Shown: positions 1 through 11,968 of the stretch, piece after piece | How the letters are laid out: each line of letters opens with the position of its first letter | Numbering within the stretch: position 1 is the stretch's first letter | DNA from: Protoeuglena noctilucae | Taxonomy: Eukaryota | Reading direction: 5' to 3' | Length of the DNA: 64,000 nt | NCBI GenBank assembly: GCA_958009085.1 | Contig: OY253692.1 | Span: forward strand, 1-64,000 | Notes under the pieces: model-generated | Told to the model about the DNA's origin: nothing | Database searches by the model: none | The model's input: the letters and a program-made list of their open reading frames with translations, nothing else | Made by a program: the position numbers and the translations under genes

Positions 1-5
1 GCCGG

Positions 6-42
<37 letters not shown>

Positions 43-73
43 CGTGTCACCAGTTCAAATCTGGTTCCTGGCA
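1..73 (+). tRNA. trnF: tRNA-Phe(GAA)
   Basis: Cloverleaf GCCGGGA...TCCTGGCA; anticodon arm GAGGA-CT GAA AA-TCCTC. Confidence 0.97.
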
Positions 74-106
74 TTTCAAGAATTTTTAAAAATGATAAAT
101 TTAAGT

Positions 107-135
107 TTGACTTTCTTTTTCTCTTACTATATATT
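107..135 (+). promoter_or_regulatory. Sigma70-type promoter upstream of trnQ
   Basis: TTGACT-N17-TATATT, 35 nt before trnQ. Confidence 0.55.
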
Positions 136-170
136 ATCTTTGTGTAATAAATAATTTATTTATTATATTT

Positions 171-242
171 TGGGGCATCGCCAAGTGGTAAGGCAGCGGG
201 TTTTGGCTCCGCTATTCAGAGGTTCGAATCCTTTTGCCCCAG
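171..242 (+). tRNA. trnQ: tRNA-Gln(UUG)
   Basis: TGGGGCA/TGCCCCA acceptor; anticodon arm GCGGG-TT TTG GC-TCCGC; GTTCGAATC T-loop. Confidence 0.96.
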
Positions 243-758
243 ATCTACTTTTTTTCTTCAGTGAGTTAAATACTAAAGAATTAGCTTTATATAATCTCGA
301 ATTGAAAATAAATAACTAGGAATTAATTTTTCCAAACCGACAAGTAAAGTCGAATTTCTCCTAAAAAGGAAGATTTCTTAGAAAACTAATAATGTTAGAT
401 TGTAAACATTTTTAAAAGAAGTAGCAATAAATACCTTATGCACAAGCTTTCTATGAAATTATGAATAACAAATGTGCAAAAAACAAATTCACCTTGTTAC
501 TAAAATAAACTATTATGTTATTGTTTTGTAAATTTTACAAATAATTAAAACAAAAAAAACATTCTCGTTGAAGAGTTTCGGAAAGTAACCCGAAAGCTGT
601 AAAACAGCTTAAAGCTGAGAAGCGACGACGGGAAGATTTTTAAGCTGGCCCGAAACTTTGTTTTTGGCCCCCGAACAAGGTTCGGATTCGCCTCCACGGA
701 GGTTAGAACAATAGAATTAATCGAAAAATATTTAGAAAGAAACGTTAGGAGACTTAAA

Positions 759-3014
759 ATGACTATTAGTCCACCAGAGCGTGAAATAAAAAAAGTACAA
801 ATTATTGTAGACCGTAATCCTGTTGAGACAACTTTTGAAAAATGGGCAAAGCCTGGTCATTTTTCAAGAAGTTTATCCAAAGGACCAACTACGACTACAT
901 GGATTTGGAATTTACATGCAGACGCTCATGATTTTGACAGTCACACAAGTGATTTAGAAGATATTTCTCGTAAAGTATTTAGTGCACATTTTGGCCAATT
1001 AGGAATTATTTTTATTTGGCTAAGTGGTATGTATTATCATGGTGCACGTTTTTCTAATTACGAAGCTTGGTTAAACGATCCTACTCATATTAAACCAAGT
1101 GCCCAAGTGGTTTGGCCAATTGTTGGTCAAGAAATCTTAAATGGGGATGTAGGTGGAGGATTCCAAGGTATTCAAATTACTTCTGGTTTTTTCCAATTAT
1201 GGCGCGGATCCGGTATTACAAATGAATTGCAACTATATAGTACTGCAATTGGTGGTTTAGTGATGGCTGCAGCTATGTTTTTTGCTGGATGGTTTCACTA
1301 CCATAAAGCAGCTCCAAAATTAGAATGGTTCCAAAACGTTGAATCTATGATGAATCATCACCTAGCGGTTTTATTAGGTTTAGGAAGTCTTTCTTGGGCA
1401 GGCCACCAGATCCATATATCTCTTCCGGTTAACAAATTATTAGATGCTGGAGTGGATCCTAAAGAAATCCCATTACCACATGAATTTATTGTTAATCGTG
1501 ATTTAATGGCGCAACTATATCCAAGTTTTGCAAAAGGAATTGCTCCTTTTTTCAGTTTAAATTGGGATGAATACACAGATTTTTTAACATTTAAAGGTGG
1601 ATTAAATCCGGTAACAGGTGGTTTATGGTTAACAGATACAGCACACCATCATTTAGCAATTGCGGTACTATTTTTAGTTGCAGGGCACATGTATCGTACG
1701 AATTGGGGTATTGGTCACAGTATGAAAGAAATTTTAGAAGCTCATAAAGGTCCGTTTACCGGTGAAGGGCATAAAGGACTTTATGAAATTTTAACAACTT
1801 CTTGGCATGCACAATTAGCAATTAATTTAGCAATGTTAGGTTCTCTTTCTATTATTGTTGCTCACCATATGTATGCTATGCCTCCTTACCCATATTTAGC
1901 AACGGACTACGGTACACAACTTTCTTTATTTACACATCATATGTGGATTGGTGGATTCTGTGTTGTAGGTGCTGCCGCTCATGCTGCTATTTTTATGGTT
2001 CGTGATTATGATCCGACAAATAACTATAACAATTTATTAGATCGTGTAATTCGTCATCGTGATGCAATTATATCTCATTTAAATTGGGTCTCAATCTTTT
2101 TAGGATTCCATAGTTTTGGTCTTTATATACATAATGACACTATGTCTGCTTTAGGTCGCCCAGAAGATATGTTTTCTGATAAAGCGATTCAATTACAACC
2201 AATTTTTGCGCAATGGGTTCAAAATACTCATTTCTTAGCACCACAATTAACAGCTCCAAATGCTGGTCTAGCTACGAGTCCTTCTTGGGGCGGTGATTTA
2301 GTAGCCGTTGGTGGTAAAGTTGCTATGATGCCAATTTCTTTAGGAACAGCAGACTTCATGGTACACCATATTCATGCGTTTACTATTCATGTTACAGTGT
2401 TAATCCTTTTAAAAGGTGTTCTATTTGCTCGTAGTTCTAGATTAATTCCAGACAAAGCTAATTTAGGTTTCCGTTTCCCTTGTGATGGCCCAGGTCGTGG
2501 TGGTACTTGTCAAGTATCTGCGTGGGACCATGTATTCCTAGGACTATTTTGGATGTACAATTCGCTATCGATTGTTATTTTCCATTTTAGTTGGAAGATG
2601 CAATCTGATGTATGGGGTACAGTAAGTGGAAGTACAATTTCCCATATTACAGGTGGTAATTTTGGTCAAAGTGCTAACACAATCAATGGTTGGTTACGTG
2701 ATTTCTTATGGGCGCAATCATCTCAAGTAATTCAATCTTATGGATCTGCTTTATCTGCATATGGTTTAATTTTCTTAGGTGCACATTTCGTATGGGCATT
2801 TAGTTTAATGTTCTTATTCAGTGGACGTGGATACTGGCAAGAATTAATCGAATCTATCGTATGGGCTCATAACAAGCTAAAAGTAGCTCCTGCTATTCAA
2901 CCGCGCGCATTAAGTATTACTCAAGGACGTGCTGTTGGTGTTGCACATTATTTACTTGGTGGTATTGCTACAACTTGGTCATTCTTTTTAGCTCGCATTA
3001 TTGCAGTTGGTTAA
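759..3014 (+). CDS. psaA: Photosystem I P700 apoprotein A1, uninterrupted
   Basis: 751 aa; [14 protein letters not shown] motif; AGGAG SD upstream. Confidence 0.99.
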   Translation: MTISPPEREIKKVQIIVDRNPVETTFEKWAKPGHFSRSLSKGPTTTTWIWNLHADAHDFDSHTSDLEDISRKVFSAHFGQLGIIFIWLSGMYYHGARFSNYEAWLNDPTHIKPSAQVVWPIVGQEILNGDVGGGFQGIQITSGFFQLWRGSGITNELQLYSTAIGGLVMAAAMFFAGWFHYHKAAPKLEWFQNVESMMNHHLAVLLGLGSLSWAGHQIHISLPVNKLLDAGVDPKEIPLPHEFIVNRDLMAQLYPSFAKGIAPFFSLNWDEYTDFLTFKGGLNPVTGGLWLTDTAHHHLAIAVLFLVAGHMYRTNWGIGHSMKEILEAHKGPFTGEGHKGLYEILTTSWHAQLAINLAMLGSLSIIVAHHMYAMPPYPYLATDYGTQLSLFTHHMWIGGFCVVGAAAHAAIFMVRDYDPTNNYNNLLDRVIRHRDAIISHLNWVSIFLGFHSFGLYIHNDTMSALGRPEDMFSDKAIQLQPIFAQWVQNTHFLAPQLTAPNAGLATSPSWGGDLVAVGGKVAMMPISLGTADFMVHHIHAFTIHVTVLILLKGVLFARSSRLIPDKANLGFRFPCDGPGRGGTCQVSAWDHVFLGLFWMYNSLSIVIFHFSWKMQSDVWGTVSGSTISHITGGNFGQSANTINGWLRDFLWAQSSQVIQSYGSALSAYGLIFLGAHFVWAFSLMFLFSGRGYWQELIESIVWAHNKLKVAPAIQPRALSITQGRAVGVAHYLLGGIATTWSFFLARIIAVG

Positions 3015-3049
3015 AATTGTTTCAAATTTTTACTAGACTACGTTGTTTT

Positions 3050-3083
3050 TTAACCAATCTTTACTTCAGTAGGGATTGGTTAA
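3050..3083 (+). terminator. Hairpin after psaA (AACCAATC family)
   Basis: TTAACCAATCTTTAC-TTCA-GTAGGGATTGGTTAA. Confidence 0.6.
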
Positions 3084-3339
3084 TATCCACATATTTTACC
3101 ATTTCTTCACCGGCATAAATTACGTTTGAGTATTTTTTATCCTTCCGCCTGTTCTACCTAAATGAAATTTCGGTAAGAAAAGTAAAAAAAAGGTAAGCAA
3201 TATAAAATTTTGGTTTTCACCCGTCGGTTATTTAAACAAAGTTAAAGGAAGTAAAAAAAAAATAGATTTTTTTGCTTTTTTGTTTAAATTTTTTTTATAA
3301 AGTTACAAAAAACTCTTGTAAACATGGAGGTTTATTTTT

Positions 3340-5544
3340 ATGGCAACAAAATTTCCAAAGTTTAGTCAAGGACTTGCACAAGATCCAACAACTAGACGTA
3401 TTTGGTTTGGTATTGCAACAGCTCATGATTTTGAAAGTCATGATGGTATGACAGAGGAAACTCTATATCAAAAAATTTTTGCATCACATTTTGGTCAGTT
3501 AGCTATTATCTTTTTATGGACATCTGGAAACTTATTTCATGTGGCATGGCAAGGTAATTTTGAACAATGGGTTCAAGACCCTCTTCACGTTCGTCCGATA
3601 GCTCATGCTATTTGGGACCCTCATTTCGGTCAACCTGCTGTAGAAGCTTATACACGAGGTGGTGCCGCTGGTCCTGTTAATATTGCGACTTCAGGTGTAT
3701 ATCAATGGTGGTATACTATCGGTATGCGAACAAACGAACAACTATACACTGGCTCTCTGTTCCTTACTATTTTAGCCGGTATTTTCTTATTTGCAGGTTG
3801 GTTACATTTACAACCGAAATTTCAACCATCTTTATCTTGGTTCAAAAATGCTGAGTCACGTTTAAACCATCATTTAGCTGGTTTATTTGGGGTAAGTTCT
3901 TTAGCCTGGACAGGCCATTTAGTTCATGTTGCAATTCCAGCTTCTCGAGGACAAACTGTAAATTGGTCCAACTTTCTTACAGTTTTACCACACCCACAAG
4001 GCCTAGCACCTTTTTTCACTGGTAATTGGTCAGCATATGCGGAAAATCCAGATACTGTAAATCATGTTTTTGGATCATCAAGCGGAAGCGGTACAGCTAT
4101 TCTTACTTTTTTAGGTGGTTTTCAGCCACAAACACAAAGTTTATGGTTAACAGACATAGCACATCATCATTTAGCAATTGCTGTAGTATTTATTGTTGCT
4201 GGTCATATGTATCGAACTAACTTTGGTATTGGACATAGTATGAGAGAAATTTTAGAAGCTCATACACCACCTTCTGGTCGTTTAGGAAGTGCACATAACG
4301 GTATTTATGATACTTTAAATAATTCTTTACATTTCCAATTAGGTTTAGCTTTAGCGTCTGTTGGTACAATCTGTTCATTAGTAGCGCAGCATATGTACTC
4401 TTTACCACCATATGCGTTTTTAGCTCAAGATTTTACAACACAAGCAGCTCTTTACACTCACCATCAATATATTGCTGGTTTTATTATGTGTGGTGCTTTT
4501 GCACATGGAGCGATTTTCTTTATTCGTGATTATGATCCAGAACAAAATAAAGGAAATGTTTTAGCACGTATGTTAGAACATAAAGAAGCTGTTATTTCTC
4601 ATTTAAGTTGGGTTTCTTTATTCTTAGGTTTCCATACTTTAGGCTTATACGTTCATAATGACGTAATGTTAGCTTTTGGAACACCTGAAAAACAAATCTT
4701 AATTGAACCTGTTTTTGCTCAATGGATTCAATCAGCTCAAGGAAAAACATTATACGGTTTTGATGTTTTATTATCTTCACAAACAAGTATCGCGGCTTCT
4801 GCAAGCCAAGGAATTTGGTTACCTGGTTGGCTTGAAGCAATTAACAATAATGGTAATTCTTTATTTTTAACAATTGGCCCTGGTGATTTTCTTGTACATC
4901 ACGCGATAGCATTAGGTTTACATACAACAGCATTAATCTTAGTTAAGGGTGCATTAGATGCTCGTGGATCTAAATTAATGCCAGATAAGAAAGATTTCGG
5001 GTATAGCTTCCCTTGTGATGGTCCTGGTCGTGGTGGTACTTGTGATATTTCAGCATGGGATGCTTTCTATTTAGCTGTTTTTTGGATGTTAAATACAATT
5101 GGTTGGGTTACTTTCTATTGGCATTGGAAGCATTTAGGTATTTGGCAAGGAAATGTAAACCAATTTAACGAATCTTCGACATATTTAATGGGTTGGTTAC
5201 GTGATTATCTTTGGTTAAATTCTTCACAATTAATTAATGGTTATAACCCTTTTGGAATGAATAGTTTATCTGTATGGGCTTGGATGTTCTTATTTGGGCA
5301 TTTAATTTATGCTACAGGTTTTATGTTTTTAATCTCATGGAGAGGTTATTGGCAAGAATTAATTGAAACGTTAGCGTGGGCTCATGAACGCACACCTTTA
5401 GCTAATTTTGTTCGTTGGAAAGATAAACCAGTAGCTTTATCAATTGTTCAAGCTCGACTTGTTGGATTAGCACATTTTGCAGCTGGGTACGTTTTAACTT
5501 ATGCTGCCTTTTTAATTGCTTCCACTTCAGGCAAATTTGGTTAA
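3340..5544 (+). CDS. psaB: Photosystem I P700 apoprotein A2
   Basis: 734 aa; [10 protein letters not shown] start, [17 protein letters not shown] end. Confidence 0.99.
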   Translation: MATKFPKFSQGLAQDPTTRRIWFGIATAHDFESHDGMTEETLYQKIFASHFGQLAIIFLWTSGNLFHVAWQGNFEQWVQDPLHVRPIAHAIWDPHFGQPAVEAYTRGGAAGPVNIATSGVYQWWYTIGMRTNEQLYTGSLFLTILAGIFLFAGWLHLQPKFQPSLSWFKNAESRLNHHLAGLFGVSSLAWTGHLVHVAIPASRGQTVNWSNFLTVLPHPQGLAPFFTGNWSAYAENPDTVNHVFGSSSGSGTAILTFLGGFQPQTQSLWLTDIAHHHLAIAVVFIVAGHMYRTNFGIGHSMREILEAHTPPSGRLGSAHNGIYDTLNNSLHFQLGLALASVGTICSLVAQHMYSLPPYAFLAQDFTTQAALYTHHQYIAGFIMCGAFAHGAIFFIRDYDPEQNKGNVLARMLEHKEAVISHLSWVSLFLGFHTLGLYVHNDVMLAFGTPEKQILIEPVFAQWIQSAQGKTLYGFDVLLSSQTSIAASASQGIWLPGWLEAINNNGNSLFLTIGPGDFLVHHAIALGLHTTALILVKGALDARGSKLMPDKKDFGYSFPCDGPGRGGTCDISAWDAFYLAVFWMLNTIGWVTFYWHWKHLGIWQGNVNQFNESSTYLMGWLRDYLWLNSSQLINGYNPFGMNSLSVWAWMFLFGHLIYATGFMFLISWRGYWQELIETLAWAHERTPLANFVRWKDKPVALSIVQARLVGLAHFAAGYVLTYAAFLIASTSGKFG

Positions 5545-5613
5545 TTTTTTGTTTTCGAATCAAAAAATCGTTTACCTTTTTTTTATATAGGTTTTTCCCC
5601 AACTATGTTTCAG

Positions 5614-5645
5614 TTACAGAATGTTCCTAAAGGAACATTCTGTAA
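5614..5645 (+). terminator. Perfect 15-bp-arm inverted repeat after psaB
   Basis: TTACAGAATGTTCCT-AA-AGGAACATTCTGTAA. Confidence 0.7.
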
Positions 5646-5783
5646 AAATTTTCCAAACTAAATTCTAAGATAGTCGCCACTGAGTTGATTATAGAAAAAA
5701 TAAATTTAATTTTAGAGTTGATTTATTTTAGGATTTCTGTTAGATTCTACTGTAGTATATATTAAAAAAAATTTCTATAAATT

Positions 5784-6086
5784 ATGGCAAAAAAATCAAT
5801 GATCGAAAGAGAGCAAAAAAGAAAATCTTTGGTCAAAAAATACTATGCGAAAAGAATCGAATTAAAAAAAGCTTTTACAACAGCTTTATCGTTAGAAGAA
5901 AAAATTCAAATACAAGCTCAAATTCAACAAATACCCAGAAATAGTTCGAAAACACGTTTACGTAACCGTTGTATAATTACTGGCAGACCAAGAGGCTTTT
6001 TCCGTGATTTTGGTTTATCTAGACATACGTTAAGAGAAATGGCTCATTCCTGTTTGCTTCCTGGTGTTACAAAATCGAGTTGGTAA
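5784..6086 (+). CDS. rps14: Ribosomal protein S14
   Basis: [10 protein letters not shown]...RNRC..TGRPRG...LPGVTKSSW. Confidence 0.98.
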   Translation: MAKKSMIEREQKRKSLVKKYYAKRIELKKAFTTALSLEEKIQIQAQIQQIPRNSSKTRLRNRCIITGRPRGFFRDFGLSRHTLREMAHSCLLPGVTKSSW

Positions 6087-6120
6087 AAAATGTTTTCACC
6101 GGAAGGTGAAAACATTTTTT
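6085..6120 (+). terminator. 16-bp stem with GGAA tetraloop at the rps14 3' end
   Basis: AAAAAATGTTTTCACC-GGAA-GGTGAAAACATTTTTT. Confidence 0.75.
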
Positions 6121-6136
6121 TATTATAAATCACTAC

Positions 6137-6165
6137 TTGACAAAACAAAAAGAAAAAAGTATCCT
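6137..6165 (+). promoter_or_regulatory. Sigma70-type promoter for trnE
   Basis: TTGACA-N17-TATCCT, the same boxes as the rrn promoter. Confidence 0.65.
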
Positions 6166-6206
6166 CGAAATATATTTAATTATTGATATTTAAAAATTCT
6201 AATAAA

Positions 6207-6279
6207 GCCCCCATCGTCTAGTGGCCTAGGACATTTCCCTTTCACGGAAAAAACAGGGATTCGAATTCCCTTGGGGGTA
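6207..6279 (+). tRNA. trnE: tRNA-Glu(UUC)
   Basis: GCCCCCA/TGGGGGT acceptor; anticodon arm TTTCC-CT TTC AC-GGAAA. Confidence 0.96.
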
Positions 6280-6309
6280 GTAAAACAACAGACTGTAGAA
6301 GTTATAAAT

Positions 6310-6383
6310 TAGCGGGAACAGGATTTGAACCTATGACCTCAAGATTATGAGCCTTGCGAGCTACCAGACTGCTCTATCCCGCA
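6310..6383 (-). tRNA. trnfM: Initiator tRNA-fMet(CAU)
   Basis: Minus strand TGCGGGATAGAGCAGTCTGGTAGCTCGCAAGGCTCATAA...; 1:72 mismatch typical of the initiator. Confidence 0.92.
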
Positions 6384-6664
6384 TTTTCTTTTACTTAAGA
6401 AATTATAACAGGTTTTAGTTGATATGACCAGAACATGTATCAATTGAAATTCTCTTACTAATTTAAAGATAAAATTTGTTATGTTTCAAAGCTTTTGCGT
6501 CACAAAGGCTAAGTGAATTTTGTTTGATTAACTAAAAATTTTTTTAGGTTTATACAAAAAAAGTCAAAAACATTTCAGAATTAAAACTCTTTTTCTAAAA
6601 TCGATGATTGCTAAAAATCATGTCTAGTGTTAAACTCAAAGGATAGAAAAAAAAGGAGCAAAAA

Positions 6665-7006
6665 ATGACTCGTGTAAAACGTGGTTTTGTGGCTAAACGC
6701 CGTAGAAAAAAAATTTTGGAACGAACAGAAGGTTTTATAGGATCTTCCTCTAGTTTATTTAGAACTGCAAATGAAAGATATATAAAAGCATTAACATATT
6801 CATCGCGTGATCGAAAAGCAAAAAAACGTGAATTTAGATCGATTTGGATTTCTCGAATTAATGCTTTTGTTAATCAAAATGGCATAAATTATTCTGAATT
6901 TATTTCTTCATGTAAAACTAAAAAAGTTTTACTTAACCGAAAAGTTCTCGCACAATTAGCAGTTCGAGATGAAGATGCTTTTTTAAAAATTATGGAAATA
7001 AATTAA
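6665..7006 (+). CDS. rpl20: Ribosomal protein L20
   Basis: MTRVKRG...RSIWISRINA...LNRKVLAQLA. Confidence 0.98.
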   Translation: MTRVKRGFVAKRRRKKILERTEGFIGSSSSLFRTANERYIKALTYSSRDRKAKKREFRSIWISRINAFVNQNGINYSEFISSCKTKKVLLNRKVLAQLAVRDEDAFLKIMEIN

Positions 7007-7285
7007 AGAAGACCAAAAGCTGTGAAACAGTCGAAAAGAATAAATTTTTTACAACCTATTCAAAGAATAGGTTGCATATAATTTAATTTTTAATTTCTTT
7101 CCCGCAGTGAAAAAATTAGTGAAAAATTGAAAATATTTTACATTTTTTTTTATTAAAACAAAGTATTTATTTTCATGTGGTAAAAACAATAAAAAGCAAG
7201 ATACCCTTTTTATCAACAAATACAAATTTGGGTTATACAATATCCTCAAATTTTTAAGTACATAAAAAATACAAATTTTTTTATT

Positions 7286-7516
7286 ATGAAAACAAAAAAA
7301 CAATTACGTCTCTCAAGATCAAAAAATACAACTTTAACCCCAACAAGTATAGATTATAAAAATCTTATACTTTTAAGACAATTTATTAGTGCTGAAGGTA
7401 AAATATTATCTCGCCGAATTACTAATTTAAGTGCAAAAGAGCAACGCTGGGTTGCACGTGCAATAAAACAAGCACGAGTTATGGGTTTACTACCGTTTGT
7501 TAATAAAAAAGTTTAG
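7286..7516 (+). CDS. rps18: Ribosomal protein S18
   Basis: [20 protein letters not shown]...AIKQAR.MGLLPF. Confidence 0.97.
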   Translation: MKTKKQLRLSRSKNTTLTPTSIDYKNLILLRQFISAEGKILSRRITNLSAKEQRWVARAIKQARVMGLLPFVNKKV

Positions 7517-7525
7517 AGAAACCAT

Positions 7526-7598
7526 CACGCCCTGTAGGACTTGAACCCACGACATCAGGTTTTGGAAACCTGCGTTCTACCAACTGAACTAAAGGCGT
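7526..7598 (-). tRNA. trnW: tRNA-Trp(CCA)
   Basis: Minus-strand cloverleaf; anticodon arm CAGGT-TT CCA AA-ACCTG. Confidence 0.96.
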
Positions 7599-7645
7599 TG
7601 AATATTGTTTTTTTATGATTTTATTTTTCAGAAAAAAACAGAATG

Positions 7646-7719
7646 TCGGGATGACAGGATTCGAACCTGCGACCTCCTGTTCCCAAAACAGGAGCGCTAC
7701 CAAACTGCGCTACATCCCG
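7646..7719 (-). tRNA. trnP: tRNA-Pro(UGG)
   Basis: Minus-strand cloverleaf; anticodon arm CCTGT-TT TGG GA-ACAGG. Confidence 0.96.
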
Positions 7720-7856
7720 GTATTATTTTACATTTCAAGATAACCGTTTTTGTAGTAAAAAGCAATAGAAAAAAGAAAAGATTTTAAAAAATTGGATTTT
7801 TTCTCTTTTACAAGTTATAATTTATATATACTAACAAAAACCAAAGGACGTGAAAT

Positions 7857-7982
7857 ATGAAAAATTTTACTACTTATTTATCTACAGCTCCAGTATTGAC
7901 ATTAGTTACTGTTAGTTTTGTGGCAAGTTTACTTATCGAAATCAATCGTTTTTTCCCGGACTCTTTAACTTTATCTTTTTAA
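7857..7982 (+). CDS. psaJ: Photosystem I subunit IX (41 aa, not in the ORF track)
   Basis: Hand translation [41 protein letters not shown]. Confidence 0.96.
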   Translation: MKNFTTYLSTAPVLTLVTVSFVASLLIEINRFFPDSLTLSF

Positions 7983-8261
7983 TGAAAATTTAGTTCGAAA
8001 AACATTCCTTTAAAGATTTCTATGAAGATTTACTTTGTAGAAATAACAATAAAACAAAGCAATCATTATATTATGGTAATGATTGCTAAGACTTTTTTAA
8101 CAATTCCAACTATTTTTGTATATTTTAAGTGTAGAAAATATAAACCCGAAAATAACAGAGTGAAAAAAAATTTCAAGAGATTTAAAAAAAAAAAAAAAAC
8201 ATTATAATAATTCATAATACTCATATGAAAAATTTACAAGAATAAATAATCCTTTTTTTTT

Positions 8262-8648
8262 ATGCCTACAATACAACAATTAGTAAAATTAGCTCGTCAA
8301 AGACAAGTTAATAAAACAAAATCACCAGCTTTAGATTCGTGCCCACAACGAAGAGGAGTATGTACGAGAGTATATACAACAACACCTAAAAAACCTAATT
8401 CTGCATTACGTAAAGTAGCGCGTGTTCGATTAACCTCAGGATTTGAAGTTACTGCTTATATACCTGGGATTGGTCATAATTTACAAGAACATTCTGTAGT
8501 TTTAGTACGTGGTGGTCGAGTTAAAGATTTACCTGGAGTTCGTTATCATATTACTCGCGGAACTTTAGATGCTGCCGGTGTTCAAAATCGAAATCAAGGT
8601 CGATCTAAATACGGAGCTAAAAAGCAAAAAAAAACAAACACAAAATAA
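8262..8648 (+). CDS. rps12: Ribosomal protein S12
   Basis: MPTIQQL...[17 protein letters not shown]...KDLPGVRY. Confidence 0.99.
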   Translation: MPTIQQLVKLARQRQVNKTKSPALDSCPQRRGVCTRVYTTTPKKPNSALRKVARVRLTSGFEVTAYIPGIGHNLQEHSVVLVRGGRVKDLPGVRYHITRGTLDAAGVQNRNQGRSKYGAKKQKKTNTK

Positions 8649-8662
8649 AAAAAATATAGAAT

Positions 8663-9133
8663 ATGTCTCGTCGTAGAAAAGCATTAAAAAGAAATATCTC
8701 TCCTGATCCTATTTATGATAGTCGATTAGTACACATGGTTGTTAATCGTTTAATGAAAAAAGGTAAAAAAACTATTGCCTACAAAATAATGTATCAAACA
8801 TTAGAGGAAATTGGGGAATCTTTACAAGAAGATCCTATTAAAATCCTTGAACAAGCTATTCGAAACGTTACACCTATTGTCGAAGTTAAGTCTCGACGAA
8901 TAGGTGGTTCAAACTATCAAGTTCCTTTAGAAGTACATCCAGAGCGTGGGACTGCTTTAGCTATTCGTTGGATTTTGGCTGCTAGTACGAATAGACCAGG
9001 ACGTACAATGGTTGCTAAATTTAAAAATGAACTGTTAGATGCTTCTAAAAACGTAGGAAATTCCATTCGTAAAAGGGATGAAGTCCAAAAAATGGCAGAA
9101 GCAAATAAAGCTTTTGCTAAATATCGTTTTTAA
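8663..9133 (+). CDS. rps7: Ribosomal protein S7
   Basis: MSRRR...PDPIY.S...[11 protein letters not shown]...AEANKAFA. Confidence 0.98.
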   Translation: MSRRRKALKRNISPDPIYDSRLVHMVVNRLMKKGKKTIAYKIMYQTLEEIGESLQEDPIKILEQAIRNVTPIVEVKSRRIGGSNYQVPLEVHPERGTALAIRWILAASTNRPGRTMVAKFKNELLDASKNVGNSIRKRDEVQKMAEANKAFAKYRF

Positions 9134-9602
9134 AAAAACCTATCATTTTTTAATAACTCGAGAACTTGAACTTGTTATGATAATTTAAGTGTTTTTTTTT
9201 TTATTAAAAACAAAAATTTAAACAATTTATCTTTTATATTTACATATAATATTCTTGGAATATCTATTACGGGAATAGAACCTAATGAAAAAAAAACGCT
9301 GACAATCATTATAGATTTTGAAATCTTTTGCTATTTTTTAAGACTTGTAAGAATTTTTTTAAAAGGTCTTGTAGAAGTATTATATTTCTTGGTATTGTAT
9401 CTATAGACCTTTTTGTAAGGTTAAAAAACATTCTTTTAGGATAACCAAAAAATAAAAAACAAAATTCAATAAAGAGTTTCGATACAGTTTTTATAACCAG
9501 AACTTTGTTTTGCAGAAATAGTATTCTGATTTATTTAAGCTAGAAACTAATGATTTATTGAAACTTTGTTTTCTAAAAAAAAATATTATTAAAGTAAACC
9601 TT

Positions 9603-10832
9603 ATGGCACGCGAAAAATTTGAACGTAAAAAACCACATGTGAATATTGGTACAATTGGACATGTTGATCATGGAAAAACAACATTAACAGCTGCAATTAC
9701 TATGGTTCTTGGAGCCCAAACTGGACGTATTGGCAAAAAATATGATGAAATTGATTCTGCTCCTGAAGAAAAAGCTCGTGGGATTACTATTAATACGGCA
9801 CATGTTGAATATGAAACAGAAACACGCCACTATGCCCACGTAGACTGCCCTGGACATGCCGATTATGTGAAAAATATGATTACAGGTGCAGCACAAATGG
9901 ATGGGGCAATTTTAGTAGTTTCTGGAGCGGATGGTCCTATGCCACAAACTAAAGAACATATTCTTTTAGCAAAACAAGTAGGAGTACCAAATATTGTAGT
10001 CTTCTTAAATAAAGAAGATATGGTAGATGACCCAGAACTTTTAGAACTTGTTGAATTAGAAGTTCGTGAAACGTTAGATGCTTATGAATTTCCGGGAGAT
10101 GAAATTCCAATTATCCGTGGTTCTGCATTACTTGCCTTAGAAGCTGTCATAGCTAATACGAGTATTAAAAAAGGTGAAAACCCATGGGTTGATAAAATCC
10201 TTAATCTAATGGAAACGGTGGATACTTATATACCAACACCAGAGCGTGAAACTGATAAACCATTTTTAATGGCAGTGGAAGATGTTTTTTCTATTACAGG
10301 TCGTGGGACAGTTGCTACTGGCCGAGTAGAACGTGGAACAGTTCGTATTGGCGATACTGTTGAACTTGTTGGTTTAAAAAATACAACTTCTACAACAGTA
10401 ATAGGTTTAGAAATGTTTCAAAAAACTTTAGAAGAAAGTGTTGCTGGCGATAATGTTGGAATTTTGTTACGTGGTGTTCAAAAAAATGATATTCAAAGAG
10501 GTATGGTTCTTTCAAAACCAGGAGCAATTACTCCACATACAAAATTTGAAGCACAAGTTTATATTTTAACAAAAGAAGAAGGAGGTCGTCATACTCCATT
10601 TTTCGCTGGTTATCGTCCACAATTTTACGTACGTACTACAGATGTAACAGGAAAAATTGAATCTTTTTTTGCGGATAATGGAGATGAAGCACAAATGGTA
10701 ATGCCTGGAGATCGTGTTAAAATGGTGGTAGATTTAATTCAACCTATCGCTATTGAAAAAGGAATGCGTTTTGCTATTCGCGAAGGCAGTCGTACTGTTG
10801 GTGCTGGTGTTGTCTCTGAGATTTTAAAATAA
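9603..10832 (+). CDS. tufA: Elongation factor Tu (start at ATG 9603, 409 aa)
   Basis: [27 protein letters not shown]; the upstream TTG start in the ORF track is not homologous. Confidence 0.99.
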   Translation: MAREKFERKKPHVNIGTIGHVDHGKTTLTAAITMVLGAQTGRIGKKYDEIDSAPEEKARGITINTAHVEYETETRHYAHVDCPGHADYVKNMITGAAQMDGAILVVSGADGPMPQTKEHILLAKQVGVPNIVVFLNKEDMVDDPELLELVELEVRETLDAYEFPGDEIPIIRGSALLALEAVIANTSIKKGENPWVDKILNLMETVDTYIPTPERETDKPFLMAVEDVFSITGRGTVATGRVERGTVRIGDTVELVGLKNTTSTTVIGLEMFQKTLEESVAGDNVGILLRGVQKNDIQRGMVLSKPGAITPHTKFEAQVYILTKEEGGRHTPFFAGYRPQFYVRTTDVTGKIESFFADNGDEAQMVMPGDRVKMVVDLIQPIAIEKGMRFAIREGSRTVGAGVVSEILK

Positions 10833-10901
10833 AAGCCTCAAAAGATTCTTAGTTATTCTTAGTAATTCTCGAAACAAATGAGAAAACTTTTTGACTACTA
10901 G

Positions 10902-10964
10902 ATTTTTCTTTTACCTTTTATTTCTTTTTTGTGAAAAAAAAGAAATAAAAGGTAAAAGAAAAAT
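10902..10964 (+). terminator. Perfect 29-bp-arm hairpin after tufA
   Basis: ATTTTTCTTTTACCTTTTATTTCTTTTTT-GTGAA-exact reverse complement. Confidence 0.75.
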
Positions 10965-11014
10965 AGATTTGCAAATGAATGTTTTTATCACTTAAAAATA
11001 AGTAGAAAAAATTT

Positions 11015-11398
11015 ATGAAACTGAAGAATTTAATAAAACAAATAGAAAACGATCAAAAAAAAGAAAATGTCCCGAATATTATGGTAGGAGACACAGTACG
11101 TATTGGTTTTTCTATTCAAGAAGGAAATAAACAACGTATTCAAAATTATCAAGGAATAGTTGTAGCTTTATCTAATTCAAATTTAAATAAAACAGTTACT
11201 GTTCGACGAATTTTTCAAGGAATTGGTATGGAACGTATTTTTCCGATTCACTCACCATTGATAAAATCTATTGAAATTCTTCGTCAAGCCAAAGTGCGTC
11301 GCGCGAAATTATATTATCTTCGAAATCGTGTAGGCAAATCCACAAGGCTAAAAGAAAAATTTATAAATGAAACTAAAAAAAAAAATAATAATACATAA
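11015..11398 (+). CDS. rpl19: Ribosomal protein L19
   Basis: GDTV..EGNKQRIQ...GMERIFP..SP...KVRRAKLYYLR. Confidence 0.98.
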   Translation: MKLKNLIKQIENDQKKENVPNIMVGDTVRIGFSIQEGNKQRIQNYQGIVVALSNSNLNKTVTVRRIFQGIGMERIFPIHSPLIKSIEILRQAKVRRAKLYYLRNRVGKSTRLKEKFINETKKKNNNT

Positions 11399-11968
11399 AT
11401 GATTACTAAGGAAAAAAAAAATTCGACAGATAAAAAATTTGTACAAACTGTCTTAGGAGCAAAAAGGTTTAGTAATTTTTGGTGGGGAACTTTAACTGGC
11501 TTAGGTGGATTAGGATTCTTCCTAACAGGGTTCTCTAGTTTTCTACAATTAAATCTTTTACCTTTTATTCATTCAGAAAATATTTTATTTTTTCCTCAAG
11601 GCCTGGTAATGTGTTTTTATGGTTTATTAGGTCTAATCTTTAGTACATATATTTGGCTAACAATTTTTTGGTCTATTGGGGAAGGTTTTAATGAATTTGA
11701 CAAAGAAATAGATCAAATTCGAATTTTTCGTTGGGGATTTCCAGGTAAAAATAGAAAACTGGATTTTCGTTATAGCTTTAATGAGGTTCAAAGTATTCGT
11801 ATAGTGGTACAAGATGGTCTAAACCCTAAACGTGTTCTTTATTTATGCTTAAAAGGTCAAAGGGAAATACCATTGACTCCAGTAGGCACTCCAATGACGC
11901 TTGATCAAATTGAGCAAGAAGGGGCTAAGTTAGCTAAATTTTTACAAGTGCCTTTAGAAGGCATGTAA
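11399..11968 (+). CDS. ycf4: Photosystem I assembly protein Ycf4
   Basis: RFSNFWW...FFPQGLVMCFYG...FRWGFPGKNR...LAKFLQVPLEG. Confidence 0.97.
   Translation: MITKEKKNSTDKKFVQTVLGAKRFSNFWWGTLTGLGGLGFFLTGFSSFLQLNLLPFIHSENILFFPQGLVMCFYGLLGLIFSTYIWLTIFWSIGEGFNEFDKEIDQIRIFRWGFPGKNRKLDFRYSFNEVQSIRIVVQDGLNPKRVLYLCLKGQREIPLTPVGTPMTLDQIEQEGAKLAKFLQVPLEGM

Noticed and set aside
660..705. tmRNA-like 3' end (GGTTCGGATTCGCCTCCA)
   Set aside because: It has no proper T-stem or matching 5' acceptor, and is better explained as two local hairpins in the psaA leader.
759..5544. Non-standard genetic code (AUA=Met or AGR reassignment)
   Set aside because: ATA codons fall at conserved Ile sites (PsaA DAIISH, LYIHN; PsaB RPIAH, HAIAL) and AGA at conserved Arg sites (FSR, SSRLI). 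The standard code fits these spot checks.
7049..8207. AT-rich ORFs 7049-7303(-), 7500-7703(-), 7605-7787(+) and 8022-8207(+)
   Set aside because: They are low-complexity K/F/N translations of spacers or tRNA genes with no family resemblance.
9558..9602. N-terminal extensions of TufA (and of Rpl16 at 16869-16943) in the ORF track
   Set aside because: These come from upstream TTG calls. Homology (and the SD for rpl16) points to the downstream ATGs.
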